From NCBI GenBank assembly GCA_051362555.1, contig CM120641.1:24186401-24250400 (forward strand): a stretch of 64,000 bases of DNA, given 5' to 3'. Position numbers and translations under genes: made by a program. Below the pieces are notes generated by a model, which did no database searches, was not told where the DNA came from, and saw only the letters and a list, made by a program, of their open reading frames with translations. The DNA is from Lingula anatina. Taxonomy: Eukaryota > Animalia > Brachiopoda. Numbering within the stretch: the first letter of the stretch is position 1; the number at the start of each line of letters is the position of its first letter. Below, piece after piece: positions 1-21,338 of this stretch.

Positions 1-2094
1 CTATATATTCATCATGCCAAATCTTTTGCTTTACAGGTTTATCATTTAAACCCCCTCCTCCTCTCTATAAAAAATAGGAGTGTGCTTAACCTAAATGTGT
101 TCCTTTTAAGTTGCGAGTTGCAACACCATTTTATCCTTGAAATTCTGCTTTCCCACAACTGCCCACCACCCACACCTAACCTCCTACAGGGTTAAATTAA
201 GGTGTATTCAAGGCAGACATGATAAAGGCCCTTAATTCCTTTTTTGCATGCAGATGTTTGCTTTCTTCCTGTAACGCCCTTCTCTTAAGTTAAAAAGATT
301 GCTAGAAGTACCAGGCATGCTGAGGGAGGAGGTTGGTTTACAGCAATATCTGAAGCTGTTGGTGCCAGTGTTCTTTTATATGGAAATCCATTGTCAACAG
401 ATATTATTGTTGATGAATTATCTAAGCTAAAAGATCTGGTACGAAAGATACATTGCTGTTTTGTTTGATGCTTTCGAATTTTTATGTTGTTAAGTGTTCA
501 ATTCATTATATTTGTCAGTTATTATAAGGGGTTTTCTAGTATTCTCTATTAAGTTATCTTTTCCAGCTTAGATTGGTGTAAATTTATCAGGATTCAGTAG
601 ATGTTAACTAATTTGCAAACCTGAAAAAATAGAAGGGATTTAACCCTAAAACAGTAATTAAATACAACTGGAACCATTGGCAACTGATATTACTTGACAG
701 TTTGTTAACTATTACCATATCACAATAAAGTCAATAGAAACTAGTTTCAAGTTTTCCTTATTTGTAACATCTTGCATGAGGATTAAATTCATATTTTTAT
801 TTTTTGATAAAGTATTTTATAGATGTCTGAAAAACAAAAGATGCATACCAAGTCAATTTTTTGCCACAAAAGCCAACCAAATGCCAGCATATAGTTTCAA
901 AAAGTATAACTAAGAGAGTTACCAAGAGGCATTGTATAATTTTACCTGAAAATGTTTGAATGGATTTTTCTGCTAACATTCTATGCTGTATGTCAATAGG
1001 CAGAAAAGTAGGTCACGAAAGTAAGTTAAATTTTGGACCAAAATTTTAAAGAAATGAACAGTTTAAAGCTCTTTTTGGCTGATCGAGTGATCTGTTCAGT
1101 TTATCCCTTCGCATGTCGAATATATTTGACTCGTATAAGAAACTAGTGAAAGTGGTTTATATGTGTTAATGTGAATCCACACTCCACCGATGCTCGGTTT
1201 GTATGTACCTTTAAAAGATGAAAAGTTGGTGAAAGTAAGACTTGAAAATGTGCCAATGTATAACAGTTTTAATAAACTTTAACATGTGTACAATCCCTCT
1301 ATCTTATATACAAAAATGTGTTAGTAAAATATACACTCGAGTGTTTTTAACAAATGTGTTGTTAAAAATACAGTTTAAATGCCTTTAAAAATATAATTGA
1401 ATTCTCATTGAATACATTAGTTGATCTAAGAGTTTCCAGCCCAGCAGTAACCCCTCCCAATTAACTGCACTTAATCTGCACAGGAACTTGAGGAAGCTTT
1501 AAACTAGCTCTTTGCAAAATGAACACATGGTCACAGTGTTGAAGGAAGTAACACTGCTCAAACACCTTGAACCTAAGAGCATAAATGTATACCCATCCCA
1601 GCACTTAAATTTGATGTTTTGTTGTATTACCTTAGTAAGCAGACATGAGTCTAGGTTAAAAAACAAATTCTGAACATTTATCATTCCATGTTTCTGCGGA
1701 AAAAGCTCATGTTTGAGTAAATAGATCACGTTTTGCAGAGATGGCCATCTGTCTTCCTGACATTTCAGCAGGAAATTTCAACATCAGGTACTTTTCTTAG
1801 CTAAAAGTTGGGCTTGACAAAATTAATAATTTTACTTCACTTTCTCCAATCAACTAATTATATAACTGCATTACCCACCATGAAATTGCACTGTGAATCC
1901 ACTGGTGAGGCTAGAGCTTAAATTTGCCCAATTACTGCTTCATTCCTGGAATATACTTCAGCTTGGTCCCATTATGTATTAAGTAAAAAGTGTAGGATTA
2001 TGCATGATTGAGCACAGAACCATTTCAATCGTAATCTATTTTAAGTAGTCCCTTCAATTGTGCGCTTAAAAAATTTCAAAAACTTAGGTCCCAA

Positions 2095-2187
2095 TTAAAT
2101 GTACACTTTTTTCTTCTTGTCGGCTACCATGAATTCCTTCATGAAGTTCATCATGTGTAGCAAGTTAACTGCATGTGCTCCACTGAC
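2095..2187 (-). pseudogene. Degenerate duplicate of the PSAT1 last exon in the 3' UTR
   Basis: Minus strand reads ...LLHMMNFMKEFMVADKKKKVYI*, versus the true C-terminus [17 protein letters not shown]. It begins GTCAGT like the real exon but has internal deletions. Confidence 0.6.
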
Positions 2188-2232
2188 TACAAGAATTACA
2201 TAAAGCTAATTCCTTCAGATGAAGACAACAGT

Positions 2233-5200
2233 TCATTTTCTGTTGACTGCCATGAACTCTTTCATGAATTCCACCAAATGTAGAGTCTCCTCAACAGTCA
2301 CTGCGTTATACAGAGAGATGCGGATTCCGCCAACTGACCTGTGAAAAAAATGATATATATTTATACACAAGCCTAGGTTAAAAAAAAAAAAAAAAAAAAA
2401 ACATTTATCATGGGATCCAACTCCTAACCTTGACAAATCTCAGGAACCATCAGAATTAAATTAAAAAACAAGGAATTCCACTTTTCTGCGGAAAAAGCTA
2501 ATGCCTGTACATTTAAAAAAATAAAAATTACGGGTATTACTCGAACAATTTAACCATGACTGAATCACCTTACATCTTCTCTAACAGAGGCGCATTTTTT
2601 CAATATAAATCTTTTTTTTTTCACAATAAGAGTAGTCTTAAAATGTCCGGTCAGCTGATCATTTAGTTTCCTAAGTAACTAGACAAAACATTAAAACTAT
2701 ACATGATTTTAAAAAAATAATCTACACTAACAAAAAAACTTGGGTGACTAACACCACATCATATTTACCTGTGGCCCTTTAATGAGATCATGCCACATTT
2801 CTGGGTTTCCTCAATAAATTTCTTTTCTAATTCTGGAACACCTTCAGGGCCTCCAATCCTAAGTGGAATATTCATTCTGCTTCGAGCATTTGGAGCAACA
2901 AGGCAGCTGAAGTTAAGAAACCCAATGCAATAACATACATTTTAAAAAATGACTCGTTCCAGTCAAGTTATTTACTCCTACTCACAAATCATTGATCAAT
3001 CTGTCCCTTTACTTGGATTTGATGTGCTTTTTAAGTTTAGGGGTTTTATTTTTTTTAAAGGTTTTTATTGGAAAAGATTACATGATAGCTGCAAGATATG
3101 TAGACACAGAAAATATGACTTTAAGAAATTTTCAAACCCATACAATATACCTTTAATACTATAAATAATACATACTGATAAAATCCATCTGAAGAGTCCA
3201 ACAAGTCATAAACAGCTCTGGCTTTGATAAGACTTCTCTCATACATGGCCTCTAAACCTCCCTCTTCTTTTATCCAGTTTAGAACAAGACCCATGATATA
3301 AATGCTGAAAAATATGGTGATAAATAATTTCATTAAATAAAAGTAATATGAAATGAATTCTCAAAAAACTTTCCATTCATCTTGTGACAAATTACATTCT
3401 ATTGATACACGTCAAATTTTCCTCCTGATTAGTTTGACTCATTCAAAATTTTTCCCTCAATAAATGAACTTTTATGCAATATTGTCAAATTTTGCTGACA
3501 TCAAAATATTGACATCTAGTTTACCTGTAGGTGGGAGGAGTGTTATAAAGTGAATTCATGCCAACTTGAACTTTGTAGTCAAAGATAATGGGGCATTCAG
3601 GAAGGGTGTATCCCAGCAAATCTTCACGAATTATCACAACTGTAACCCCAGCACAACCAATGTTTTTCTGGGCTCCAGCAATAACAACACCATACTGTAA
3701 ATATATAATACCAGTGATAAAAACTCCATTCTACAATAACACAGTACCAGCAAAAATGCCACAATACTCTAAATATACAATGCCAGCAATGACACAAATA
3801 CGACAAACAAGCAACACAATTCTGCAAAAATAAAAAATGGTTCCGATGGAACAACGTCACTCTGCAAATACAATTACTTACCTTTTTTATATCAAATGGT
3901 CTTGAGAGAAAATTTGAAGACATATCACAGACCAGTGGCACTCCATTCGTCTCAGGAACGTGGTCATATTCCACACCTACAAGTTGTAATGCAATCTATT
4001 TCAGTCTTCTTACAACAGTATTTCATCAAGTATTACTAGCATACATGTTTATTTCAATGAGACAGCACATTCAGGCATCATCTTGCACTCAAACGTTGAG
4101 GGTTTTCTTTAAATTTTAATACTCGTGTGAGATTTCAAAGTGGCAATAGGGAATTAACTTGCAATCTTTTTGATCACGTACTTACCATGAACAGTTTCAT
4201 TATCACAATAGTAAACATAGGACGCTTCTGGATGAAAATTCCATGTGCTTTTACACGGTATTCCTAATGAATAGAAGTGCACTTTAAGTGTAATGTAAAA
4301 CTACTTTGCACTCAAATACAACACTCAATTACAACTTAACTAAAGGGGACAAAAATATTTATGGAGTTAAGAATTTACTGGAAGATACATGTTTGAGAAA
4401 AATTATGAATTGCCATTCCTGGTTTTCCATGCTAAAATTTCAAAAAATAAGAATCAATTTTTAGCAAAATTGTTATGTAATTGGGTTACCTGTATACTTC
4501 TTTGTTTCAGGTAGCACCAAGTTAACCTTTCCATATTTCTCAGCCTCTTTTGCAGCTTTTGATGACCAGGCCCCCGTAATTTTGTAATCTGCCACACGTG
4601 CTGGCTTCAAATTCATAAGATTGAGAGGAATTGCAGCAAACTGTCCTGAGCCACCTCCTTGTAAGAAAAGGACCTTGTAGTTGTCAGGAATATTTCTAAA
4701 ATATAAAAAATATATATATTTCTTTTTACCAAAACATTTTTAATGTATCTAAAAGATTGTAAAATATCACAAGTCTGAATAAACAGGCTAAGGCCACTGT
4801 TTCTCAAAGAACCTTAAATCCATAGTTGGCTAGCTAGAGCTAAGTTGACCAAGCTGTAGCCGTCTACTAGGAATGTTTCATAAAGAATCTTATTAAATCC
4901 TAACTTGGTTTGCTTAAATGGTAGCTGACATGTTTAACAAACTCTTCAAGAAAGGTGGTGGAAAAATCCCTGAAATTTCACAAGACATAACGGTTCATGA
5001 GGTCTTTTGCCACATAATTGTATATCAACAATAAAATCTTATTACACAATATCTTCAAGAAGACGTACTTTCCAAATTTTTTGATGATTATCCTTATTTA
5101 CAGAGTTTTAGTTGAGCTTTGCTGACTAACTTTCACTAAATGCAGCACCTGAGGCTAAGCTTGGTCAACTAGCTGTTAAGCAAGACTAGACAGCAAAGCT

Positions 5201-5511
5201 GACAAATATACAGACACAATACAGGAAACAAGGCAGCAAAGCTGACAAATGTTCAGACATTAAGATGCAGTAAAGAGTGCACCAAATAATGTTCTGGCCA
5301 ATTTTGATGCACTATCACATAATGCAGCACAATCATTCTGACCCTCTTACATTATATATTACAGGCAACATGGATATTAAAAAACTAGCAAGTAATTCAG
5401 TTTCATGGGATATGAAAGCCACTGATAATGCTAATGTGTGGGAAAAAAAAAAAAGAATTACTGTAAATGTAAACCAATCTTGCCAATTTTCAAAAACAAC
5501 CCACCTCTTTA

Positions 5512-5547
<36 letters not shown>

Positions 5548-7197
5548 ATAATAATAATAATAATAATAAATAATAATAATAAATAAAATAAAATAATAAA
5601 CTAATAATAATTACTGTAAATGTAAACCAATCATGCCGATTTTCAAACGCAGTTTTGGGGCGAACATCAACTAAATTGTGCAAAAAAATATATAATTACC
5701 ATACATATAAACCGATCATGCAGATTTTTGAAAGCAACCCACTTCTTTGCCAAACAAAGCCAGTCAGTATATTTAAAGTAAAACAAAAATACAGTTTGGC
5801 AGTTATGTGGCGAATGTCACATGTCAGACAGTGATGGCAGCGACACAGACAGACAGACCTATCAGAATATATATACAGACACTTAGAGTGTCTGTATATA
5901 AAAAGGAAGTAATCAGCCTTTTAGATTCTTCATAAAATACAACTTAAATCAAGCTCAAACTTAGAAGTATTGAGAACCGAGTTCTTAACAGGGCACTTGG
6001 ACAAGTTTTTTTTGTGAAATGGGAGCCAGGTATGAGCTTAAACTTCATTCTCCCATTTCATACTTTTCTCACTCAATAGGAAAATTTATGGAATCTGTAA
6101 AATCTCCAAGTATGCCATCTTTGTATACTTTAGATATAAACATATACAAAATATGTTTTTTTATAGGGATCGATGTTTGTCTTTTTTCATTTCTGCTTAT
6201 TTCTTTTGTCCCTCTTACATACGATTTATACTTACAAAAGATCACGCAAATCTGCTTCAGCTGTGCTCATAATTTTTGAAAACTCTGCTGACCTGTGGCT
6301 CATTTCTGCAAAAAATAACATTTAGCATTTTTTTCAAAAAACACCAGCAGACAAAAGAGCACCTAAAGATGTACAACTGGAATGAGGCGATGTATAAGTA
6401 CATGTATGTCAAATGTTATCTCTTCTTTTATTTCATGTCTCACGTGAGCCCTCTGATGAATTAGACAAAAGCATTTTTGGGCTAGGAAAAATACCAAAGA
6501 TTTCATCAGCTTCACTGTTGGCTGATCCAGCTGATGCAACCACCTCATGTGGTATTAATTTCCATAAAAAACTGCACCTCTTTTCTCGATATCCCGGATC
6601 TGCATGAGATAGAAGTCTCATATGGCTTAAAGCACTGTATAATAATTGGTAAGATGGTGCATTTCAGTAAACAAACATACCCATCACACTGAGCCCCGTA
6701 TTGTCATAGTTCAACATCTCCTTGGAAGCTTGCTGTAAAACCTGAAATAAGTGCATAGTTTTAGAGAAAAAAGTAAAATGTTTAATTTGTATGTTCTTAA
6801 TACAATTATCTTCAGAAACAATCATGTATATCTAAGGTGTACTTGGTTTACCTGAACTTAATGTATTTTGTGAATTACTTTTCATTTTCCATTAAAAACG
6901 CCTGTGTACACGTAGGCGTGTCAACCCAAACATGCAAAATGTACTCGAGTATTACTGGTACTCTATTAAGCAACTATACTAGTAGTTTTCGTTCCTTTTT
7001 CTTTATACTGTTAATTTGAAAATAGAATGACAGATGGATATCTGCAAAATTATAACTTATCGGTTAAATTTTTTTCACATTTTAAAGCATATTCACCGAT
7101 CACCTGTGCGACATCGACCAGCTTATTGCACACTCACCTTCTCAGGTAACTTGGCAGGTCCTGGGGAAAAGTTAATAACTCTGCGTGGAACAGACAT
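2233..7197 (-). CDS. PSAT1: Phosphoserine aminotransferase, 10 coding exons
   Basis: Exons in transcript order: 7197-7138 ([20 protein letters not shown]), 6741-6681, 6305-6236 (EMSHRS), 4695-4490 ([17 protein letters not shown]), 4263-4186 (YCDNETVHG), 3976-3882 ([11 protein letters not shown]), 3694-3525 (GAQKNIG PLP-lysine motif, NTPPTY), 3304-3176, 2906-2769 (RSRMNIP...LKGHR), 2338-2233 ([12 protein letters not shown]...NRK*). All introns are GT-AG and phases are compatible. Confidence 0.97.
5185..5904 (+). mobile_element. Helentron/HINE-like non-autonomous element, family B, in PSAT1 intron 3
   Basis: Starts ACTAGACAGCAAAGCTGACAAATATACAGACAC. Has (GACA)n near the end and a terminal hairpin TATACAGACAC-ttaga-GTGTCTGTATA followed by an A-run. 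Homologous to 26796-27454 and 47092-49309. Confidence 0.7.
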
Positions 7198-7299
7198 GAT
7201 AATGCAATTACTGCAACAAAATTTGCAAAACAGGATCGGAATATCTTAATGTTCGTTTTCGCTCTGAGCGGTGAGGGAAAAGACAAATTGTGCCGATCA

Positions 7300-7640
7300 T
7301 TCATTCCTCTTATATATAAGCCGCGAGAACGTGGATATGTTTACCTTCACTCTGATTGGACAGCTTTAAAGATAGTACCATTTGATTGGGCAATTTTCCA
7401 CGCACGTGAACTAAACATGCAAACGTGGTGGGGGGAAATAACAATTCTGCTGATGCAACTTTAGCAGGTCTTTGTTTTTTGTTAAAAATGAGAAACTTAA
7501 AACTTTTTACAGTATCACTTTATTGTATAACAATTGAAGTTGTTAGGGGGATGAAACGCATGTTGATCATTGTCTAGGCCTTGTTAACCCATTAATCACG
7601 TTAGCTAGGTCACTAAGATGTCAAGGTCAAAAAATTGGAA
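7300..7640. promoter_or_regulatory. Divergent PSAT1 / pyruvate kinase promoter region
   Basis: TATA-like TATATATAA ~7311-7319; ATTGG (reverse CCAAT) ~7355 and ~7385; CACGTG 7403-7408; TGATGCAAC 7451-7459; TCAAGGTCA 7621-7629. CpG content is locally raised between two divergent genes. Confidence 0.6.
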
Positions 7641-7744
7641 AAACTTTCCAGTGTAAATGAGAAAATAATAAACCAACTTCATATATTTTATGCTGTTCTT
7701 TTTGCAATCTTGAGATGCATCCTGTACCTCCGATATCAAATTCA

Positions 7745-7892
7745 TAACAGTCACTGCACCTGACCTAACCTGACTTGACACAGCTTGGTACTATTTTCCA
7801 CGGAATCACGGAGATCCCTCCGCACTCCTGGAAAAGAGAAAATATTGCTCCAAAGCTGCGACTAGAACATCCCCACAAGCATCGCTTTAAAG
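7745..7892 (+). other. Candidate non-coding first exon of pyruvate kinase
   Basis: CpG-containing segment without ATG ending at AAG|GTTTGT. The exon at 9877 starts with an acceptor directly followed by ATG, so it needs an upstream exon. The 5' boundary is approximate. Confidence 0.4.
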
Positions 7893-8331
7893 GTTTGTTG
7901 GAAAAATAAGGCTCCAGTTAAGTTATTGCATTATATTAATAATATCTTAGGGCATGTTACAGTGCACAGTCATGTTGTTTTTTGTGTTAGCTGTGAAAAA
8001 AATGTCGGTGTCACAAATTCTGTAAAAGCTAAATTTTGTGTTCCAAATATAGCTGGCGAGTGCTAAGTGGAAAGTTGAATATTTGCCCATGTATTATGTG
8101 CCTTGACAGTGAGAATTTGATAAAAAAAGTCACTGCCCAAGCAATCTTATCGTGCGACAATGTGTGATGAATATTCATATATTATAAAATGTTACTCAGC
8201 CAATAAGCACCAGTGTCTGGGCAAATTTCTGACACCCACATGTCAGCTTGCGAAGTAGATTGCACTGCATACAAGTTGCCCCATTTAAACCCGTGCCGGT
8301 TATATTAGTAGGAAACCTCGTGTTCACTGCA

Positions 8332-8367
8332 ATGGATCCGACAACCAATTCAGATCAGGTCCGTCAG
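8332..8367 (+). CDS. PKM: Candidate alternative first coding exon of pyruvate kinase (MDPTTNSDQVRQ)
   Basis: ATG in a good context (GCAATGG), 12 codons, phase-0 donor CAG|GTGAGA. Compatible with the phase-0 acceptors at 9877 and 10811. Confidence 0.5.
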
Positions 8368-9876
8368 GTGAGATAATAAATTGCTAGTATTCATGAACAT
8401 GTAATATCATCATGAAATGTTCGTTTAATTTTGTGTAATTTTAGATATGAAAACATTTCGGAATAAAATACTTGTACCTCTCTGTCATCATTGGTCAAAG
8501 GGTGGAGGAAGTGCACTGCCCACATGGGTTACTCATACTAGGAAATATTACCGGTAATTGGGGACTGATAATTGAAGTTGGCTTTTAGATAATGTTATAT
8601 TTAGATTTGTAACTTTGATAGGAATTGAATCACATACCACCTGCATACCATATTTGGTGAAAGTGATGACCTGTAGGAAGACGAAGACCCCTGCCCTTGT
8701 CAAATGCCTGTTAAATATAGGTGCCTGTCTTGTGACTTGAATGACACATTAATTGTAGAACATATCATTCAGGCATTCTACTGAGGCTGACTAGGTAGCA
8801 GTTATATGTATATATATACTTTTATGAGTTCTTAGGTTCTTTATTGTTAATACATCTGCAATACAGTGTAGTTCATCTAATTGAAGAACTTGGATATCAC
8901 AGACTTTAAACCTAGAACAGTAAGTTTAGGTACATATGATATGATATTATGAACTTTAAAATTACTTTGGAACACTCAATCATTTGCTTTCACTGTTATT
9001 CGGTATATATTGAAAGAAAGGTTATGCAACCATATCTTACAATGTATAAATGCCACAGTTGAGTGTAGCTACATGTACAATAAGCATGTACCAAATATAA
9101 TGATACTTCTTTTATTTATTTGTTTTTGTTTTATAAATATGCCATGGGTACCTACTCTGTATGTGACATTACATGTATGCGTAGCTCTATGATATAGTGA
9201 CAAAAAAATAGAGAGAATCCAAGTGTGTTTTATATTTATACAGTCACATGTCCTCTTCTTTACTGCAATATCTCAGGTAGAATGATACCATAAACTCTGA
9301 AGCCATGCATTAAATAGGTCAGTGGAGTCACGTGTAATGTTAGTGTTCATGATTTATTCCACTATAAAAACTGGATATACCATAGCCCTTGTACCATGGC
9401 TGATGTTGAGAACAAAAGATATCTCACATTTAAAACATGCCACGCATGTGTATGTGAGTTGCTGCATGTCTGGGTTTATTGTTCACAATATGTGTCATAG
9501 TATAAATAAGATATTCTACTTGTCAAGTGGCACCCAGATATATTTTACACTCATATGTATTACATATACTTCACTGATTTGTACTGTATCTATACTGTTA
9601 ACCCTCAAGTGCAATACAAATAGATGATTTAAAATTCATTTTAATGTATCATATATAATTTTTTTATATTGATAGACCTTGATAGACCTTGGGTATCTTT
9701 AAAGCCAAACATAATAAATAATTGTAATACACTGTTCACATGCTTTGACATCTTTGCCAAGTTTTATTAAAATTACAGTCCAAACATAGATGTTAACTTG
9801 GTAGTATCTTTCTTGGTACATAAGTTAAATTATTATGGTATTATTATTAGCATCATCATCTATTATTTTATTTCAG

Positions 9877-18489
<8,613 letters not shown>

Positions 18490-19387
18490 CCTGTCATAGT
18501 TCAAGATCAAGCTCCAGGGTTGTTTTTGTCTTCAGTTTCTGGGAATTTTCAAAGGAGTTTTTCCCATTGGTGCATTGATGCCTTTTTACTATGTTCATGT
18601 CCGTTTCAACTCCATTTTGCCAATTGTTTGGTGCACATGGTGTGTAACTTAGTTGCTAATTTGGGAAGTTATGTACATAAAACATATTTACACCTTAACT
18701 TTGTTGTGCTAAGAGAGTGATCTGAGAAAATAGTTTTAATGCATTGATGTTGATTGTGCCCCATGTTCCCATCCCATACACTAGTCTACATTTAGAAGGT
18801 GCCATAGCAAACTGATGTGTTGATTTTGAATTTTTTTGATGAAAGCAGTTAGAAGATTTGCATATGAAGGTGTGGTTACTAATTGAGTGCTGGTGTTTTG
18901 AAAAGAGTTCTTGAGTTCTTGCTATTGATTTTTCAACAGTTGCACTTTATGAAAAAGTCTGAAGACTGTGATAGTACTGAAGAAACGGGATTGATCAGTA
19001 TTATACATAATAATTGTAATAACATAGTTATGTAAACCTTGGCAAGACAACAATGCCTTTGGAATGTTTTTTGATAACAGATGATAAATTTACTTTATCA
19101 CATTCATTGATGAACTTGCTTCATCACATTATCTGAACTAAAAGGATTCAATTAACAAATAACATAAAGAAAAAAGGAGAAATTACTCTTACCTGAAGAC
19201 TGTTAATTGCTGTGACTCTGATGAGTTGTTTGTGGTCAAATAGTTTCCATTAAGATGATGCATTTACATTTTTAATGTACAAAATCCAACTTTGTACATA
19301 AGGTGGTTCACCAAAAGTGGTGACATTCTTTTTATTTATTTATTATTATTGTTGTTGTTCATAGTTTTTGTATAAACAATATGTTGA

Positions 19388-19454
19388 AATAAAAATGTTG
19401 GTGCAGTGATTACTGCAAACAATTAGCACAAACCTGGTTCAAAAAATTAATAAA
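19388..19454 (+). terminator. Candidate PK polyadenylation signals
   Basis: AATAAA at 19388-19393 and ~19449-19454, followed by GT/T-rich sequence about 0.9 kb after the stop codon. Confidence 0.45.
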
Positions 19455-20572
19455 ATATTGCATTACTTTGTTGTCATTTGTTGTTTATTTAAAGCATACT
19501 TTGAAATCTTTACTAGGTCAAATATTCCCTCTTACCTCTGACAAAATATGGAGTTTGAAGATTTATTAACGTGACGAAATGTGTTAATAGTGTGAAACAA
19601 ATTGAATTTTTCTGTTTCTGAAGGGGAAAACGGAATTAGGACAAGTGAACAAAGTTTCTTCAACAAGTAGGAAATTGGGGTATTATACAATTGGAATTTC
19701 TTTGCTAAAGTAAAGCAAAAGTAATTTGTATATAATAAGGTTGGCCTGTCAATACCGCTGAATTCAGAAGAATTGAAAATGCATGATTCAAATGGGTGAA
19801 TAGTATTTGCAAACACCGTTTATCAAATAACTATAAACTTCTTACTTAATTTACACCCAAATATTTTAATTCTTAAAAGAAGCTATGACCTGCATAAAGC
19901 CTAGGTTACATTTGTCACGGGCGACGTACGATGAAATCTTATGCGATTTTCCGTACGATTTTTGTGACATGTATCTACGGCGATAACGTTTACATTACGT
20001 GCAGGTACCGCGTCATTCCTCCGACAAGAATTTAAAGTCACTTACGGTAAAAACGCTTTGTCGGTTCAAAGGCCTCAGTGCAGTTGCTGTGCGACTTCCC
20101 TGCTGCTTCCTTGAATATTGATGCGTTGTCGGTACAGCCCCTTACGGTTTTACGCACCAATGAGGCCATGCACGCAAAATATCCAATTAATGCAAGTGAA
20201 TTACATGTGTACTCTTTTAAAAGTTTAAGCCATCTTTACCATTTTAAGCCTACTAAAACCACCCAAGGTGGGAGGAAAAGAGACCAACAACAGGTCCAAC
20301 CATTACCACGACCACTGCAAGTTCACCCCGTACAATGCACTAAGCGATGTCATCTGCGATAATGCCTCGGCCTGCGGGCTTTCGATTATTTATTTTTTAT
20401 TTATTTATTTATTTTAGTTTTAGTTTGACAAATCGTAGAAGCTACAGAGGTCGTGAATCCGTACGATTTCGCACGGCCTCCGCGCAGACGCCGCACGAAA
20501 GGGGATATGCGAGCAGGTTTCCCGCACGTTTCCATATTCATTATGAAATGACAAGAATTTTCAATGTCATTA

Positions 20573-20604
<32 letters not shown>

Positions 20605-20630
20605 TTGTTGGGAGTTGCCCCAAGAAAATA

Positions 20631-21338
20631 GAAATGTTTCCCAAAATAAGAACATGACGCCAAAAAGTTCAGTAGGCACCTTTTTATTTAAAGTCGGAGC
20701 GACGAACTTAATTAAGCAAACTTTTTCTTTCTTTTTGTCTTTGAACATATATAGTCTAATACTATTTCCTATTTTTCATTTTTTATTAAAAGAAGCAGAT
20801 AATGCAAAAGCAAATTGTCTTCTTTTTTTAGTTTGTGCTCAGATTGAAAGTTATTTCAGCGGGGATTCTCGCCTAGGCGCAGTCAACGTAATCAGCTTAA
20901 TTGTCTGGAACGCCCCTCGTAACTTTAGTACTTGGGTAAACTTGGGAAAAATTAAAATTGAAAGAAGCGATATATATATATTGTAAAATGTAACGAACAA
21001 GTACCATTCAAAGAAAAACAAAAATGCAACATATCTTCTCTTTTGCAAGTTTTCCTCCAAAAAATTTAAAACGACGTTATAGTCAGACGATATCTAAAAC
21101 TTTGAATAGCTGCTAAATAACGAATTTCCCTGCTCACGTCCGAGAGTCCGAGATGAAAGTCACAAAAAATTTGGCCAGGCGTCCTTTTTTTCGGAGTTCT
21201 TGCCAAAAGAGAAATCAGACTATTCGTTAAAAGTTAATAATAAATGGGCTGATAGTAGGCCTACTGGTGAATTTGGAAATCAATGTGAAGTCAATGATAT
21301 TATGATTGGCGTCATGTTCTTATTTTGGGAAACATTTC
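20631..21338. mobile_element. MITE-like element with perfect 33-bp terminal inverted repeats
   Basis: GAAATGTTTCCCAAAATAAGAACATGACGCCAA at 20631-20663 and its exact reverse complement at 21306-21338. No clear TSD and no coding capacity. Confidence 0.7.

Noticed and set aside
200-625. Minus-strand acceptor-like site at ~621 and an open stretch of about 70 codons
   Set aside because: Stops lie between the acceptor and the open stretch, and no protein family is recognisable.
2161-2235. Stop-codon readthrough from PSAT1 into the duplicated C-terminal segment
   Set aside because: Two further in-frame stops (TGA, TAG) follow within ten codons.
5277-5683. 98-116 aa ORFs with poly-K/N/F/L tracts
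   Set aside because: Artefacts of poly-A and (AAT)n runs within a repeat element.
6363-6621. Overlapping short ORFs and CTGATGA motifs in PSAT1 intron 2 (snoRNA or hammerhead ribozyme?)
   Set aside because: No properly placed C/D box pair with a terminal stem on the host strand, no GAAA/stem II hammerhead core, and the ORFs have no homology I recognise.
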